A DNA stretch of 64,000 nt from Raillietiella orientalis (taxonomy: Eukaryota). The stretch's first letter is position 1. Each line of letters begins with the position of its first letter. This document shows positions 12,201-26,694 of this stretch, piece after piece. The DNA lies in assembly GCA_036172245.1 (NCBI GenBank), contig JAYWIR010000008.1:3472001-3536000 (forward strand), in the 5' to 3' direction. The position numbers and the translations under genes are program-made. The notes under the pieces are model-generated. The model saw nothing but the letters and a program-made list of their open reading frames with translations, was not told the DNA's origin and ran no database searches.

Positions 12201-14502
12201 TTCAAACTTATGCTTCTTCAGGTTGTCCGAACGACAACGTCGACTTCAGCAATACTCTTCAAGGCAACATGGGTTCATAATCAAAATGAAATCGCTTATT
12301 CATCGAGTGGGATCTTGTTTCAGAAGTCTTCAGCCCATTCTGAATAGCACGACGATAAAGTTGGAATCTATCGCAAGCACGAGAGAGCGGTTGAAATAAT
12401 TTATTTCGAAGCAAACGCAAGACACGGTTGAGAACTTCGCTCAGAGAGATTCCCACTTGAAAGACACATTACACACGGTGCGCAGAAAAAAAAGGCTTGC
12501 GATTACACGTGAAGGGGAAGAAGTCTCTATAAACTTGAAGAAGACGTGGGATATCGAAACCGGTTGAACCTGGCATCTTTGGATTCCATGTTGCAAATTG
12601 CAAAGCAAACATATAAATACTTATCCTGATTTCAAAAAGCACGAGTATAACATAATTTCAAAGCGAACTGTTATTGATGTTTTCCATCATGGTATAGAGA
12701 TGAATTTTTTGCTTTACGTGCATGCTGTGGTTTGTCTTTTATAATGGAGCAGCACAGTGAAAGCGGAACGAGAGTTTCGAAAGCAACGCCGTCTTTCATC
12801 GAAAAGCAGTCCACTTGTGTGGAAATTTGGGAATCAGGGATTTCGATCTTTATTTCTCTTTTAGAGCTTTCCTGTTTGTATTTAAGAAAAACAGTTACCT
12901 TTTCGTAAACGTGTGGACGCCGCGGTGGCAAAGATCACAGTGCATCACGGGCATACCACAGACCCCATTGAACACTTATTGAAGCGCGACTTTTTTGTTT
13001 GAAAGGTACTCATATGTTAGCAGTATCGCAGACAGAAGTATTTGCTGTAGTGTGGTTTTCGGCTTTGTCCCTTCTCGTTTGTAAACATATCACTACAGCC
13101 TAGTGAAAAAGAAGGGCAGTCGTGGAAATGATACAGAAGTGTCCAGTCTCCAGCAACGTGCGTAAAAAGAGCAATTGCGTCGAAGGTTTTCTTCACTAGG
13201 TTTTCGGAGATGGTATTTTAGAATTCATGAAATTTTCATTTCTACTGAAATCATTCTTACTCGTAACTTTCAGCGGCATTGGGGTAGGTAGGACCGAAAT
13301 AATTCAGCTATTCGACGTTTCCATATTTTTTTTTTGAAATGTGTGTGTGTGTGTTTTAAAAACAGAATTCAACATACTGTTGCGCCTTGTACACAAAACA
13401 TCTGATGTACCACCAAAACATTTTTGAAAACAGCTAGATTGAAATGCATTCATTGCATTACTTGTCGAGGTGCGCTTTGGTTAGATTTGTCCGTTTTACC
13501 AACACTCGAGTCGAGCAGCATTAACATAAAATCATCCATCAAGAAGGATGAAATCTCCAGGTCATATGCTTTCGAAGTCACCGATTTAAAACGGTTCTAC
13601 TTGCGAAGTTTTTTTAAATATGTTTCTATGAGATACTTACATAATAAGGTACTTACATATTATGGTGCCGTTTCGTGTAATATAGATTTCTGTGGGCATG
13701 CCTGGATGTGGATGTACCGCCAATCACATTGGTCACAACAGATTGTTCATCCGTTTTCAAGTCATCGGTCATTACACGCTTGTATTCCCAGTTGTGCAGT
13801 AGCCTATCTATTTTGGTGTGCACGTTGTGTAGTTGTTCGTGCATCTCTTTTGCTTGTTTTTCAGTATTTTGAACGGCTTCTTCCGATTTCCTTGCTAGCG
13901 CCGTAACAGCAGTTTTCAGTCCAATAATCATGGTCCAGATCTGGTTCGTGGTGCTGGACATTTTGTCAAAAGCTTGAGTGTCCAGATTGCTGTCGAATGC
14001 TTCGTTGCAAGCTGCGGTGCTCTGATTGGTTAATTTGAGTGTTGTGTCGAACTGTTCGATCAGTTTTTTGAGGTTTGCAAGGTTCCTTGATATTTGTAAA
14101 TCATGTTCGATTACATCATCCGGAGGATGCTCTTGTATTCCGTTTGCTTGTATTGGTTTTTCTGTGTATGAACGTGCTATTCTGTAGATTTCCATCTGTG
14201 CCATTGGTGTAGTTCGATGACTGGGCTGCAGTGATCCCTGCTTGGAATTCCCTTGTTTGTTTCTTGGTCGACTCCGCGCGTCTTTTTTCTCATCTCTGTT
14301 AGCATCATTATTCGTGCAAGCGTTCCCATGCAGCTGCTCGGCGATGAAGTCCAATCTCAGATGCATTTCTCTGATGCGATTGTCCATATTTACAATCCTG
14401 TTGATAACTGCATTCAATGTCGTATCCACGTTGTCTAGCTTCGCGAACTTGGTGTTGATGGTAGACAGCATCATGTCCAGGAAGTTGACCAGCAGCGAGT
14501 TT
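9205..14502 (-). CDS. Fibrinogen C-terminal domain (FReD) protein with N-terminal coiled coil (angiopoietin/techylectin-like); 5' end not found
   Basis: Exons read in phase: 10633-10762, 10252-10383 (DYSCADII...GIYYI...[13 protein letters not shown]), 9905-10092 (IIQRRGDFG...[26 protein letters not shown]...LRIELEDF), 9554-9697 (AQYSSFKL...[16 protein letters not shown]...FSTYNR), 9379-9503 (DND...[14 protein letters not shown]...LNGLY), 9205-9326 ([23 protein letters not shown]...stop). Coiled-coil exon 13657-14502. Possible exons at 11.5-12.1 kb not resolved. Confidence 0.93.
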
Positions 14503-15489
14503 CTGAAAGCGCACATGATTTCTGTTACGAAAGTTATGGCAAATCATCAATCGATACGTGGATACTTGTGGATGCTTGAGTAAGTTGGTACCTAGAAAAG
14601 GAATCTCCAAGGAAAGAAAGCACCTTTCAAGGCGTTTCTGAATACCCCGTAGGAAGAGCAGGCACGTTGAAAAACAGGGGAAAACGAGCTTCAACGCGGT
14701 AAAAGTCTCGAGAGAGAGGGGTAGTTCTAACGGCTCGTGAATGTTAAGTGCGTCACGTTCCTTTTCACGGCGAGATAAGTCATCAGGCCATTGCAAGCGA
14801 ATAATAACGATGCTAATGCAAAATCTCTCTAGGCGACTCTTTCTCGCAAGCGTAGCGTATTGAAAGGTACGCAGAAATTTTCCACAGGATCTCGTTGTGC
14901 AATGTTGTGCTTTTTGCTGCTGCCATAATGTTCCCTGCGTAAAAGAATGTCGGAGGTTATTGCGATAAAATTGCGAATTTCCTTTTCTGTACCTGCATCA
15001 ACCTCAGATAAGCGTGTAAGCATAATGTTGCATTATTCGGCGCACGGGACGATAATTCGGATTTCATGTCACACTTCACGTCATTACATTTTAAAACACT
15101 CCTATGTGCTCAGCGCTTACGAGCTTATAATTCCTTTCTATGGCGCTGCATTAGGCCAGAAAGTCGTTACCTTTTGCCTTTTAGGGTCGATTTCTAATAA
15201 GGCATAGAGGCCGACTTCAAAGCACCGTGCGATGCGTATTAAGAATATCTTTTAATTTGCAGACTTGCAGACTCCAGCTTTTTGTCATTCGTGTTAAGAA
15301 CGGCAGCCATTATGCTCGCACACACTAATCCGTAGCTATCTTCTTGTTTCTGCTCAGAGTTCCTCATCCCGTGCGATTGCATCCTGACAGAGTGTTGTGG
15401 CATGCAAAAGGGTTCCCATTGGCCTCTCCCATGCCATGACATCCATATTACGTGTTCAGCATCGTGTTGCATTGCCCGGAGTGGTCGTC

Positions 15490-15570
15490 GGTCAGGCCCT
15501 GGAGAGTTATCAAATTTGCGAAGGGCGTTGATCGTATTTTCGATTTCATCGTTCGTAAAGTAACCGCCTG
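15490..15570 (-). mobile_element. Small non-LTR retrotransposon ORF2 relic
   Basis: FTNDEIENTINALRKFDNSPGPD matches the 'fT..Ei..ai..l...kspGpD' motif that precedes LINE RT domains. Confidence 0.5.
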
Positions 15571-18500
15571 CGATTATGGCAATTTTACTTCCTACCATGG
15601 CGCAGTGTGTTTCGTGCCGTGCTTTGATCGAATTTCGGGATAAACGTAAACACACTTGGTGCTGTCTCCCGGTCGTGTTTTTCTTGTTGGATTCGAAGTC
15701 GGGTTTATCTTGCGAAAATGGGAAATGTGTTTTCGGAACTCGGTTTATGCGTTATTATGATTAAACCATGTTGTTACAGTTGATACCACGAAACTGAAAC
15801 TGTATTTCGAATTTTATAGGAGGTGTGTGTGTTCCCGAAGATCCTGGTTGGGAGTTTGCTAAGCAACGCTATGAATTTTTTAATTCCATTGCGATAGTGT
15901 ACCAGCTACATTTTTATCTTGGAATTCTAATAAACGTACCTAATACACGTGCCCAGCACACCCAAGTATTCTGCTTGGTTTGTGTGCGCCGTCAAGTTCG
16001 AATCATGAGTTACTGTACATCACTGGCTTCAATTATAGATTTATAATGGAGCACTTTTAGTTCCAAATGCTTTGCAGTAAAGGAAAACCCGGATTTCAGT
16101 TACCAGGAGATAGCGATAGGTCTTCAAACCCTTCATCATCCCATTTGATCTATTTGATTTTCTGGTTGGTGTGTCCCTTCCGTTCACCTCGCTGTCCTTT
16201 TTCGAGATTGCATTTGCTTCACCGTTGACGGCCTTCAAATGCATGGTAAATATGCCCGAACAAGTATTCTATTCGGGATTTCACATCCTTGATCCCTTAC
16301 GACTGTATTCGACTGAGGTTTTCCCATGACTCCGTAGGTACTCATTCTTCCTGCTTGCATAATCATGATCACTTGTTAGCGCTCCTATTATAAGTCTATG
16401 AGGGAACTCTGCCGTCGGTAACGGGAACTTTATACGAGAGGAGACAAAATGGGGCAAATTAATCTTCGAGGTGAGGCGCCTCATTCGAATGGACAAGACT
16501 TGTTTGCCAGGATCCAAGAAGTAAATGTGAAATAGCGTAGATGGGACAAAGAGCGGAAGCGAGTTTTTTGCAGTTTCATTAGTACTTTCAGAGAGATCAG
16601 TGGTTGTCCTCGATGTGTTTTCATTTGGAAATCGTGTGTGTGTTCATTTCTGAGAAGCAAGGACACTGCTGGTCTCTGTTGATATGCTCGAGACTTCAGT
16701 GCCCTGCTTTTTTCTTATTTTTTCATTTTGATAACTAAACAGCGGAGAGCGTGGAAAAATGCAATTATCTAATGGTAACTACTGGGAGCATTGTGCGTGT
16801 TGGCGTGTTTGTTTATGCCTTCGTTTGTCGCTGTGAGCTTTCGGTTAGATTTGCCACGCTTCCCGTGATCATGATGAGTATGTGTCCGCGCATGTTTCAG
16901 CGAACCTATGAGCCGTGTTCTCATAAGAGTGTGTGTCTTTTACGTTGGGGTGGCTGAATTGCCTTGAGTATCGGAAACTTTTGTTACCATTTTGTGCTCC
17001 TCATTCGGCCACACGATCCGTGATCGGCTTGCGTGGATATTATGTATCAGTGGGTCAAGTAGGATGCTCCTGCTCGTAACCACGGGAACGTCTTGGCTTG
17101 CGGGCTCAACGTCAGCGTTCTTCTGCCTGTGTGTGTGTGTGTGTTTTTGCATTTCGAATGACACGAATCAGCAACGGTTCTACCGGGCAGGATTTCTTGA
17201 GGAAGCGCGTGTCGTTCCGTATGTACCAGTGTCCCGTGGAAACTGGTAGCAGGCTCCAACGGCATTTACGAATTGGCATGCATGAACAGAGTCGGCCACC
17301 ATGGAATTGCTCTTAAATTTGAAAATTCCTTTGGGAAAATTAGTCAAGGTCGAATGTGTTTCCTCTTCAGAACTTGCCGACAAAACCAACTCGAAGGAGC
17401 CATTCTTTGCAGCAAGAGCAAAAAGGTGTTTATTTCTGGAGAGGTGTATTTCCAATTTTTTCACTCCTTTTCCGTTTTTTTTTTTTTTTTTTTTTTTCCT
17501 GTTGGATTTTCATTCCCGTTCTTGTGATTCGTTTTTCTTGTTCTTAAAGATGGATTCGACAGATTTCAGAAAGCATTTCCATGGGACCAATTTGGTGATT
17601 CACTCATCGTTTTGTGTTCCTACTGCGTATTGGGCCCTCATAAAATCAGCGCTCCCTCATTTTGGAGTGCTTCACGTCAAAACAGTTATGCAAATAATAA
17701 TAAGGAGCCTCTAGCCATGAGCTCGTGTCATCGAGCATGCATGGATGTGACCTATGATAAATTGAAATCATTTAGCAAATTAGACGTCTTTGTGTATTTA
17801 TCTCGCTCACGTATATTATTGGAACATAAATTTGAATTTGACTTTCATAAATGCTGAAATGACAGGCTCTATCATGGGAGGAAGATTTATCTTTAGTAAT
17901 CATTCACTTTAGTATCTAACTGTAGGTCATTTCGTGAATTTTTTTTTAGAGAGTCTGTAGAGAGAACAGTCGTAGCTGTACTTTCGATTAGATCATCTTT
18001 TGGTAATGGCATCGTTTTTCTTGGGGAGGGGATACTTATTTTTTTCCTTTAAGGCACAAAGCGTATGTGGAAAACAAGGAACAACTCCCTTAGTTATTTT
18101 GCATTTGTTTCCTGATTGCGCTTACACCCTGGTATTTGTTACCAGCTGAAGAGTCACTCCGTGTCATGCCATGGGGTCCATCGTACTTCAATGTTTAATG
18201 GATTTATAGCATCGAAATCATAAAAACTTTTTCTTTGTGATTTTTCATATCATGTGCTTATTTCAAGTAGGTATAGTGTCGTTTACTCGTGAGAAGCTCG
18301 TTCCTGCGTCTTTTTGCCGTGGCACATCTTTTTTTTTTTTTTTTAATGCTTTGAAGGCAGGAACGTTTAATTGGAACATTTCGTTATTCCAGGAATCATT
18401 CAGGATTTATCACACATTGACTTTTGAAGCTCCTCTCACACAGTTCATGCTCTGGTATAATTTGAAGCTGTTTTCTTCTCTAGGAGAAAAGTCCCATTTT

Positions 18501-21500
18501 GTGATCACGACATTGAAACCCATGTCTTTTTATCCCATGCGTCGATTCCTATATACTTGTGGGATCGGAGTCGATGAGTGTATCCCTCGGCATACTCATT
18601 GAATTTGTAAACCGATGCTGCAAGACTTTTAGGTTAATTTGTAGCTTTTCGAATCGAACATCTTTATTAAATTCTTAATTTGTGCCTAAGGCTTGGCTTT
18701 ACGGAGGTGGCAACGTCCATACAAGCTCCACGGTAGGTATGTTTTGCGGAGAGTCTGTGTATTTATTCTTTTTGTCAATCTCTCATCAAAATTTTACTTC
18801 TTGGGTTGAATAATTAAGTGAAAGTCGAGTCGTGTGAACGCTTTCTCTGTTTTTGATGGGTGCAGAAATGTTTTCCATTTTTGCGGGCATTTCCTCTGTT
18901 TCTGGTCAATCACAGAATCACCTGAGATAATTAGAATGAGACGTAAGGATGTTCCTGTTGTTCCATTCTTTACGAATGCAATCCTGAGCACGAGGCCCTC
19001 TTCAGGCATGTGTGCTTTCACGTCATGCAGACTGTGTGTGTGTGTGTGTTTTCCCGATTCTTTGCTCATTCAGCATGTTCTCAGTTATCTTTGGACCATT
19101 TAAGCATGAAAAGAAAAAAAATAAAATAAAATAAAAAGGCAGTTGATAATGCGGAAGTTTGCGTTGCACGTTTCTGTTTTCACTTTATTAAGATAAAGTG
19201 ACTGCATCAATTGTTCTCGGGAACTTTGTGTTTTTTAAGTAATGTTACGGGCCAGTGTTTTCAGCTTGAACCGGAGAAACATCGCCGCATGACGGGAATG
19301 AGATTCGCAGTGTGTAATTTGATCACTCAGCAGCAGACACGCGAAATTCACGCATATTTGACCAGGCGACTGTGTGAATTTGGAGATTGCGAATACTCTG
19401 GCATGCGCATCATTTTCACCACATTATTTCTATTCATCGTGAGCTTTTCAGCCACTTCCTGTCGGTTTCTCGTGTACTTCTCAACAGCGAACGGAAGATG
19501 ACCCATACGGAGCCTCCACTTCGACATTGATAAAAATGTTCCTTGCAGTTGGCGGAAGCATCACAACATTGTGCCTATGAACTGATCAGTTAACTTGGAG
19601 TAACGAGTAGTAATTTCTTACTAAAACCATGTGTTGAGTGTGTTTCCACTGATGCATGCCAGCATCACAATTGAATCAGTTAGGGTGTGCTTCCATATTG
19701 CACACACATTGCAGGGTGTCGGAAATAATGCAGATAGTGTCGGGAAGACGAGTCGTCCCCTTAAACCCCCCCCAGCGATTTTAGTGTACTGTGACAACAG
19801 TGACGAGTGACCGCTCATTTCGCGTATTCGGGATGCTCCCAAGATGAGTGAAAACCATCTGGGGTAGTTCTTGTTAGTCTTCTGCGAAAATAGGGCGCTT
19901 CCGTTTGTTGCTGTGGTTGCGTAACTCTTCAGCGCGCGTAGAAACCGCACACACAATCAGTTCCATGGTTGATTTCTGATTTATTGGTTTGATGACGCCT
20001 GAGCCGCTGTGCCGTTCATTATAAGATTAAGCGCACCGGATTTGCCAGGGAGGGCGAGCGAGATGCGGTTGCACCCTGATGCCGATGGCTACGAAGCCCG
20101 TTGCGTCCGTCGTGGACCCATCGAGTCCTGCTCTCTCGCGTTCGGAAAGTGGGGAACCCGAGCTCAACTTGCCGTGGAAGGGAAATTCCCTGCCAGCTTC
20201 GCCACCCGTAAAAGTGTCGTGTGGCCAGCGTGGTTCGGAGTTCACCGAGGGTACTAGCAGTTATCAGTGGAATATATGGAAAGTTGTATCGGATAACGCA
20301 TGAGCACAGGAACATGTGTTGGGGAGAAAGTATTCATCTCTCTCTCTCTCTCTCTTTCTCTCTCTTAATGATCAAAGGAATGAGCGAATGCCCTAATCAG
20401 CAAGGATTTTGTGCTTATCTGAATGACTTGCCAAATTGTTCGCCCTGTCGTAGAAATGGGAAGACCGTGATGCAACTGCTGTTTACTCTCTTTCCAAGAT
20501 GTGTGCAAAACTCGTGTTTTCATTTACCATACCGAACAGCACTGGCCATTCCTGTTGAACAACACCAGTGAATTTATTTATTATTGTGATTATTTAAAAT
20601 AAAAAAAACTTTTGTGTGTAACTGTTCATTGGAAACAAAATCTTATTTTTCGAAGAGGGTTAGGGTTCTTTTGAAAATTAGCGTTTGCTAAAGTGAACAA
20701 AGTATCCATCGTCTTCCAAAGTAAGCATCAAGAGAATTTTTCGTGGACAGGCACAATTTTGCTGTCCAGCTTCCCTTGTCGCCTTGGTTTTCACGGATAC
20801 TCACATCTCCATATATATATATATATATTCCCTACAAAGAGCTCTCTGTTTTCTATCCAAGTGCAGAGTTTTTTTGCCTGTATCGCGATAGGGAGTTTTC
20901 GAATGCGTTTATTTCCTTACAAATCCCCTCTTTAGCACAATTTTGCTGAAGCAATACGGGAAGATTTTCGGCGTCTTTGGAAGTACCTCAACAGGTCACA
21001 TTATTTTGTGTGTCGTAAACTGTCATTGTGGTGGTGGTGTACGGTAGCAACGATAGGGGCAACACACACACACCCCGTATCAGTGTTTCAGATTTCTAAT
21101 TGCTTTTCAAGTCTTTTATTGGCGTGGTGTTCAGAGATCGCGTACGCACTTCTTGAACACAATGAATGATCTGCATAATTGATGCGCTCTTGTTCAGAGA
21201 GAGTCTCGTGACATTTTATGATTTTATAAGCTGTTGGGTGAATATTTCCGTAGCTCCCGATAGTGATCGCTCATAATTAGCCATTTTTTTTTTTTTATTT
21301 TTCACAAATATTTGTCACGATGCGAAGCTGAGATTTCTTTTCCGAAATTCATTTCGATAATTTGCCTTTTCGACTAAAGAATTCCTTCTTATTAAATTCC
21401 TCCCAGAATTCTTCATTGCTTGACGAGATCTCTGGCAAAAACTCGAGCAAATTTACCCCTACGAAAGTGTCAGAGTGCTCGTGGGGAACGGAAACCCGAT

Positions 21501-24500
21501 TTCAAATTGTGCTTAAAAGTTGGCTAGGGATTGGATTCAAGCGAACCGGAAAGGATTCATCTCAGGACAAAGTCAGGCCCCTTGGGTTCCGTGCATTCTT
21601 CCGGAATTTTCATCCAACACGAAAAACATCATTTAACCGAGCCACGGTGCCGAAAGCGTCCACGCGAATCATTTGTGCACCAACATTTCCAAGCCACCCG
21701 GCCCTTATTTACTATCATTACATATTTGGAATGCAAAGCACAATCACCGAGCCGGTGCGATATGCGTGTGCTTTGCACATTGCGTTTCAAACGCCTACCT
21801 GCGTATGACGTTTTCATCCTGACTGTCGTCGCAGTTGATTTCCACAAACGCAATCACAAACAAACAGAAACAGTGAGATCCGTAACACTTCATCAGTGAG
21901 AATCGTCAGTGTTTGTTCCACACGTGTTGCAATTCAAAGGAACATGCTCATCTTTGGATACGAGTGTACCGAGATGGTGACACATCTTAACTGCCGTTTC
22001 ATTGATGTTTTCCACGCACTGTTCTCTCTTAAGACATTGCCATTGTTTAAGACTGCACGAACTTTCACACCGGAGGCTTGGCCTTTCGAGTGGCACAGAG
22101 CAAATCAACTTACTACGTGGTCCATCCAAACAGTCATGCCGTCGGAAGAATGCCTGCCCGTTTTCCTTTTTCTTCCTTTTTTTTTTTTTTTTTTTTTCTC
22201 TCTAATCACCACCACCACCACCACCACCACATGCTGATGACGATGACGGTCTCGATTGAAAATTCCACCCCGCGCGTTCCGTTGTTTCCATCTCTCCCCA
22301 CGCTTTGCTATCGGCATGGCAAGTTGGGAGTCGAAGCGGACTCCTTGTTGTTTTCATTCATCAGATTATGTTGTTCGCGACAGCGATGTTGTTGCATGCG
22401 ACCGGTTCCTGAATTACCTCATGTTGGAATTTCGACGCGATCGGGATAAATACAGATGCTCGCCTTCGATACAGATTCGGAAGTTCATTAGGAATGGGAG
22501 GCTGGGGACGTCTGCAAAGCGTGATGTTGGACTAATTTTCTTCGGCACACGCAGTAGTTATCTCTGTCCAAGCTGCTTGTGCATTTGCTTCTTTCTTCGG
22601 CGTTTCTTTGGCCAACGGGAAGGATCGGTAGATCACCACCTTCTACGGTTAAAAGTGCTATTGGATTGTAGAGCTTGTTCGGATCGTCGTCGCTTTAACG
22701 TGGTCACATGCTTTTCGAACATTTTCTTGTGTTCGCGAGAAATTGGCTTATTCGAAAGGTTCCGGAAAATTTATGCATGTTTAGTACAAGAGATCAAAAG
22801 TAAACGCAAGGAAGGCAGTGATTTTAGCTAAAGGAAGCAAAGCGTTCGCGTATGGCATTGACTGTCAGTGATTCACAGGTGTCTGCACTTCAAGTCATTT
22901 GATTTCACAGACCATTCCAGCTTTGCACATCATCAACTGGTTTTCGCGTTACTTCGTTCGTAGTAATTTTTGCATCTTAGAGTTGCTCCACATTTGGGCA
23001 AGGTTTCCTGTTGATCCTGATCTCCGTTTCGCCTCCGAATGATTCACAAATCCTTCCACAGAAAATTCGGGATAGTATTCCCGATCGACACGATTCAGGT
23101 TTCATCTGTTGATTTGTTGGCACTTTCCTCCTCGCTTGTTTTCCTTGGCTGCCGAGTGCTGCTGCAACAGCATTGCCAGCCGTGCCTGCTTTTGCATCCA
23201 ACAGCATCTACTGCGTCAACTTCGTGCGTGTATATTCTCCAAAAAAGCACAACATCTCGAACTCGACATCTCGATGCAGTGTTTATCCCCGAGGAAAAGG
23301 ATGGGGATCAATCCCAGTTTTTTGAGCGGGCGGCTGATTTTTCCTCAAGCAGAGTGACGATCTTTTCTCTTCTTGAAATATGCTTCAAACTTCGTTCCTG
23401 GATTTCGTGTATCTTGAGCAACACTTGCATGGTAAGGAAAACCGAAGCCGAAGACGGGCACAGACGGCAGCCATCTTTCAGTGTAAGCGTCTCAAGAGGA
23501 TCAGTTGTTCTGTCAAGTTGCAAGCATGAGCTGACGAGGAGTTGCACAGCATGGATGGAGCACAGCAAGTGCTCCTCTTGCAGGAAAAATGTAATTCCGA
23601 GCCAAGGCTGTCTTTCACACACTACTGTCAAGCACTCGAATCTTAACGTACGAAGACATTGCGTGAATTCGGTTGCGGATCATTTGATCCTTTGGAAATT
23701 GGTTCGACATTGAAAGGCGGTGGCCACCACGTCGAATTGAAAAGGCGATTCCTAGAATAATAGCGCGCGTGCTGTACATGGGTCGCCCATTAAGTCAGAG
23801 TGCTCGGAGACCTTCAAGAAGAAATAATAATGATAAAACGCAGAGTACAATACGGAAGCTGTTATTGATTGGAACTAGCTGTATCAGAAATGCCAGAATA
23901 AAAAGGAAAAAAATACTGTTGCGATCAGTAAATATCAGTATTTTTATTATTTTTTTTTCCCCTTCCCCCCACCCGTACTAAACGTTGCACGTATATGTCG
24001 TCTCACGGCGTGTTCATCTTTAATTCTTGGTCTTTCCGTGATGTTCCTCACTGCTCCTGCATTTCCCTTGCGTTTTTCGCTCAGCAGCTCCCCATGCAGA
24101 CGTCCTGCAAATGGTCAGGATGGTGCACGTGCACCTCTCCGGTCGGGTTGTGTAGTGGTTGGGAAACTCGGTCGGAATCCGAAGGCTCCGTAGAGGATGC
24201 ATGCGGATCCGTGTCATCCTTGTCTCCGCAGGGAGAAGACCAGAGCGGTTTTCGACCTGTTCCTCAGAGTGCCCGTGTTTTTTTTTCTCGTGAGACACAC
24301 AATCTTCAAAAGGTCATCGAAAGAAAATGAAAAGTGCAACAATTAGGTAATAAGGCAGTCAGTTCATTAAGCAATTTAAAGAGTGGCTCAGGGAAGCTAT
24401 CTTTGTGTGGGAAGTTGAAGCGTAACACTGCTCTCTCTCTTTGCGTGTGCTTTCCCACGTGCACGCTTTGCAAGTATCTTTCTTGAGCCAAGTCATCAAG

Positions 24501-26660
24501 AGTGATACGCACGGTGGGGTCGTAAACGTTCGGCTTTACCTGTTGAAAATCTCGTGGCGTAACCGAAATATGCTAGAAATTTTCAAAAACCCCTAGAGAG
24601 AGAAAATCGACAAAATTACAAGTTCTCAGATTCCCTTTTTTTTTTTCTTCTTCTTCTTCTTCTTCTTCTTTCCCCTCCACTCCCCCCCTCTCCCCCCCAA
24701 GCTTCGTATGGACCGACTTCCTTGTTTCGTTTTTTGAAAGCATCACAGATTTCATACTCGAATGAAGATGTTTAATGGAACGAGAGGGCGCATTTATTGG
24801 ATTGATTAGAATTCATGGGAACGTTTCAGACGGGAAAGAAAAAAAGTCATTTCGGAGGCGGAATGCATATAATGATGGAAATGTTTGCGGGTAACCTGGA
24901 GGCAATTCGAGCAGGAAAAGTTGTACGCGAACGAGGATGACCTGAAAGCTTTCCGGTTGCCTTACAACACGGTAGCGATTCTTCGTACAGTTATCTCTTT
25001 TTTGAATGAACACTCGGAAGTCGGGGCTCTTTCGTTCGGCTATGGAGATTTTGTCGTTCGTCTTCTGGTGTTTTGGAAAGTAGACCTCCGATTGTTTTTG
25101 GCAGGAGAGCCTGAGCAGAGGGCAGTTTTCTACGACTGCCTCTACGGAATGCATCTAACGCTTGCATTAAAGTAGCGGAATATCAATTCCTATTAAAAAT
25201 TACAGAATCTCACCAGCCTCCAAGAGAATCAATTAATTTGCAAGGACGAAGGCGTATGGTTGTGAAAGTCAAAATGGATCACTGTCAGGAGGAGTACGCT
25301 TTTGATGAAACTGAAGCGATTTCCCTCCGTTCGGAGGTGATAACGGCTCTCCCTAAAATCTTGCTGAGGAGCCAGAGAAGCCTCCGGTTTTTCCTTTCTT
25401 TCTTTCCTGTCTCGTCGAGCAACAAAAATGGACACTTCAACTTCTGAGGAAATGTATTTCGCCTACGCAAGATACAAAGCCTGAGAAGAGCGATCTTGAT
25501 GGAGTTGAGCGGATTAATCTGATCAGTTGGCACAGTTCTTTGCTCCGGTCTACCTGGAATCGTGTATTGCTGGCGTTGTGTCCGAGAGATCCTTTTCATG
25601 TCCATATCTGGATAGAGCATCCCTTATCGGCGACTATCGACGTCGTTACAGCTGGTGTACCTGTATCGGCAATAAAGTGGGAAAGTACCCTAGTACCCTG
25701 GGGGCGGCTCAGGTGATTGATTTTGATGGATGAAACGGCGTTTACCCGGAGGAATTCACGAATGTTTCTTCTCATACCCGAGTGGCATTCGTTTTCCCGC
25801 TTTTCTCGAACGAAGTTCGTTGCCTGAAGAGTCTGATTGAGAAGAAAGTACCAATGGATAATGGATGATTTTTTTTTTTTTTAAAAAAAAAAAGAAAGAA
25901 AGAAAAACGAGCCGGACGTTCCTCACGGAATCCTAACGAAAGCAAAGTCCAGAATCCGTTAGGTTCTAGGCTTGCGATGACTAAGGCGTGTTGTTCCGCA
26001 AATGTTTTGGAAATCATCGTTTTGAGTTGTTGGGATTCGTCAGTCATTCGAAATGCTTTGGATCTTCGCTTCTCGTTCGGAGAGGCAAAGACCGGAGATT
26101 CGGTTAGACCTTTCGTGTTCCGGATAAGTGCCGAGCGCGCATCCAGCAGTGGTCACTATACTTGCTAACTTGTGCAGGCCATTATATCCATTCAGTTTTA
26201 CAATCCACTGATCACAAAATGCAACTGATTTCTGCTATATAAAAGGAAACCACACCGGCCACTGTTTCTAATGGATTCTCTTTCAGAATCGAGATGTGAA
26301 GAGAAAAGCTGGGGGCGTCCCATGGTAAGAAACTCAATGCATTCTGTTCCTCGTGATGAGGTTGCTCGAAACTCCCAAGACTGTAAAGGTATATCATCAG
26401 AGTCTTTGTCAAAAAGGAAGCAGCAGTTGGTCACCGATTTACTCGAGTCTCACATTACGGCCTTTCTACAGAATCTCAAAACCAAGCCTGCCAGTGTGTG
26501 TACAGGCATGTCTTATTTTAACGTATACTCATATGCTTGTGTGTGTGTTCAACGTGTCACTCTGTTTTCCATTTGGTCGTGGCTCGCTTCGACTACTTGC
26601 CTGCCTACGTCGGAAAAGACTTCCCATGCAAGCGTAGTTGCCGCTTGAAAGCAAATTGCA

Positions 26661-26694
<34 letters not shown>

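Noticed and set aside
21330..21390. U5 loop I-like GCCTTTT(CG)ACTAAAGA
   Set aside because: Insertion in the invariant loop, no stem partner or Sm site, AT-rich context.
24885..25620. Protein-like ORFs, possibly TE-derived
   Set aside because: No motif I can assign with confidence and no consistent splice pattern.
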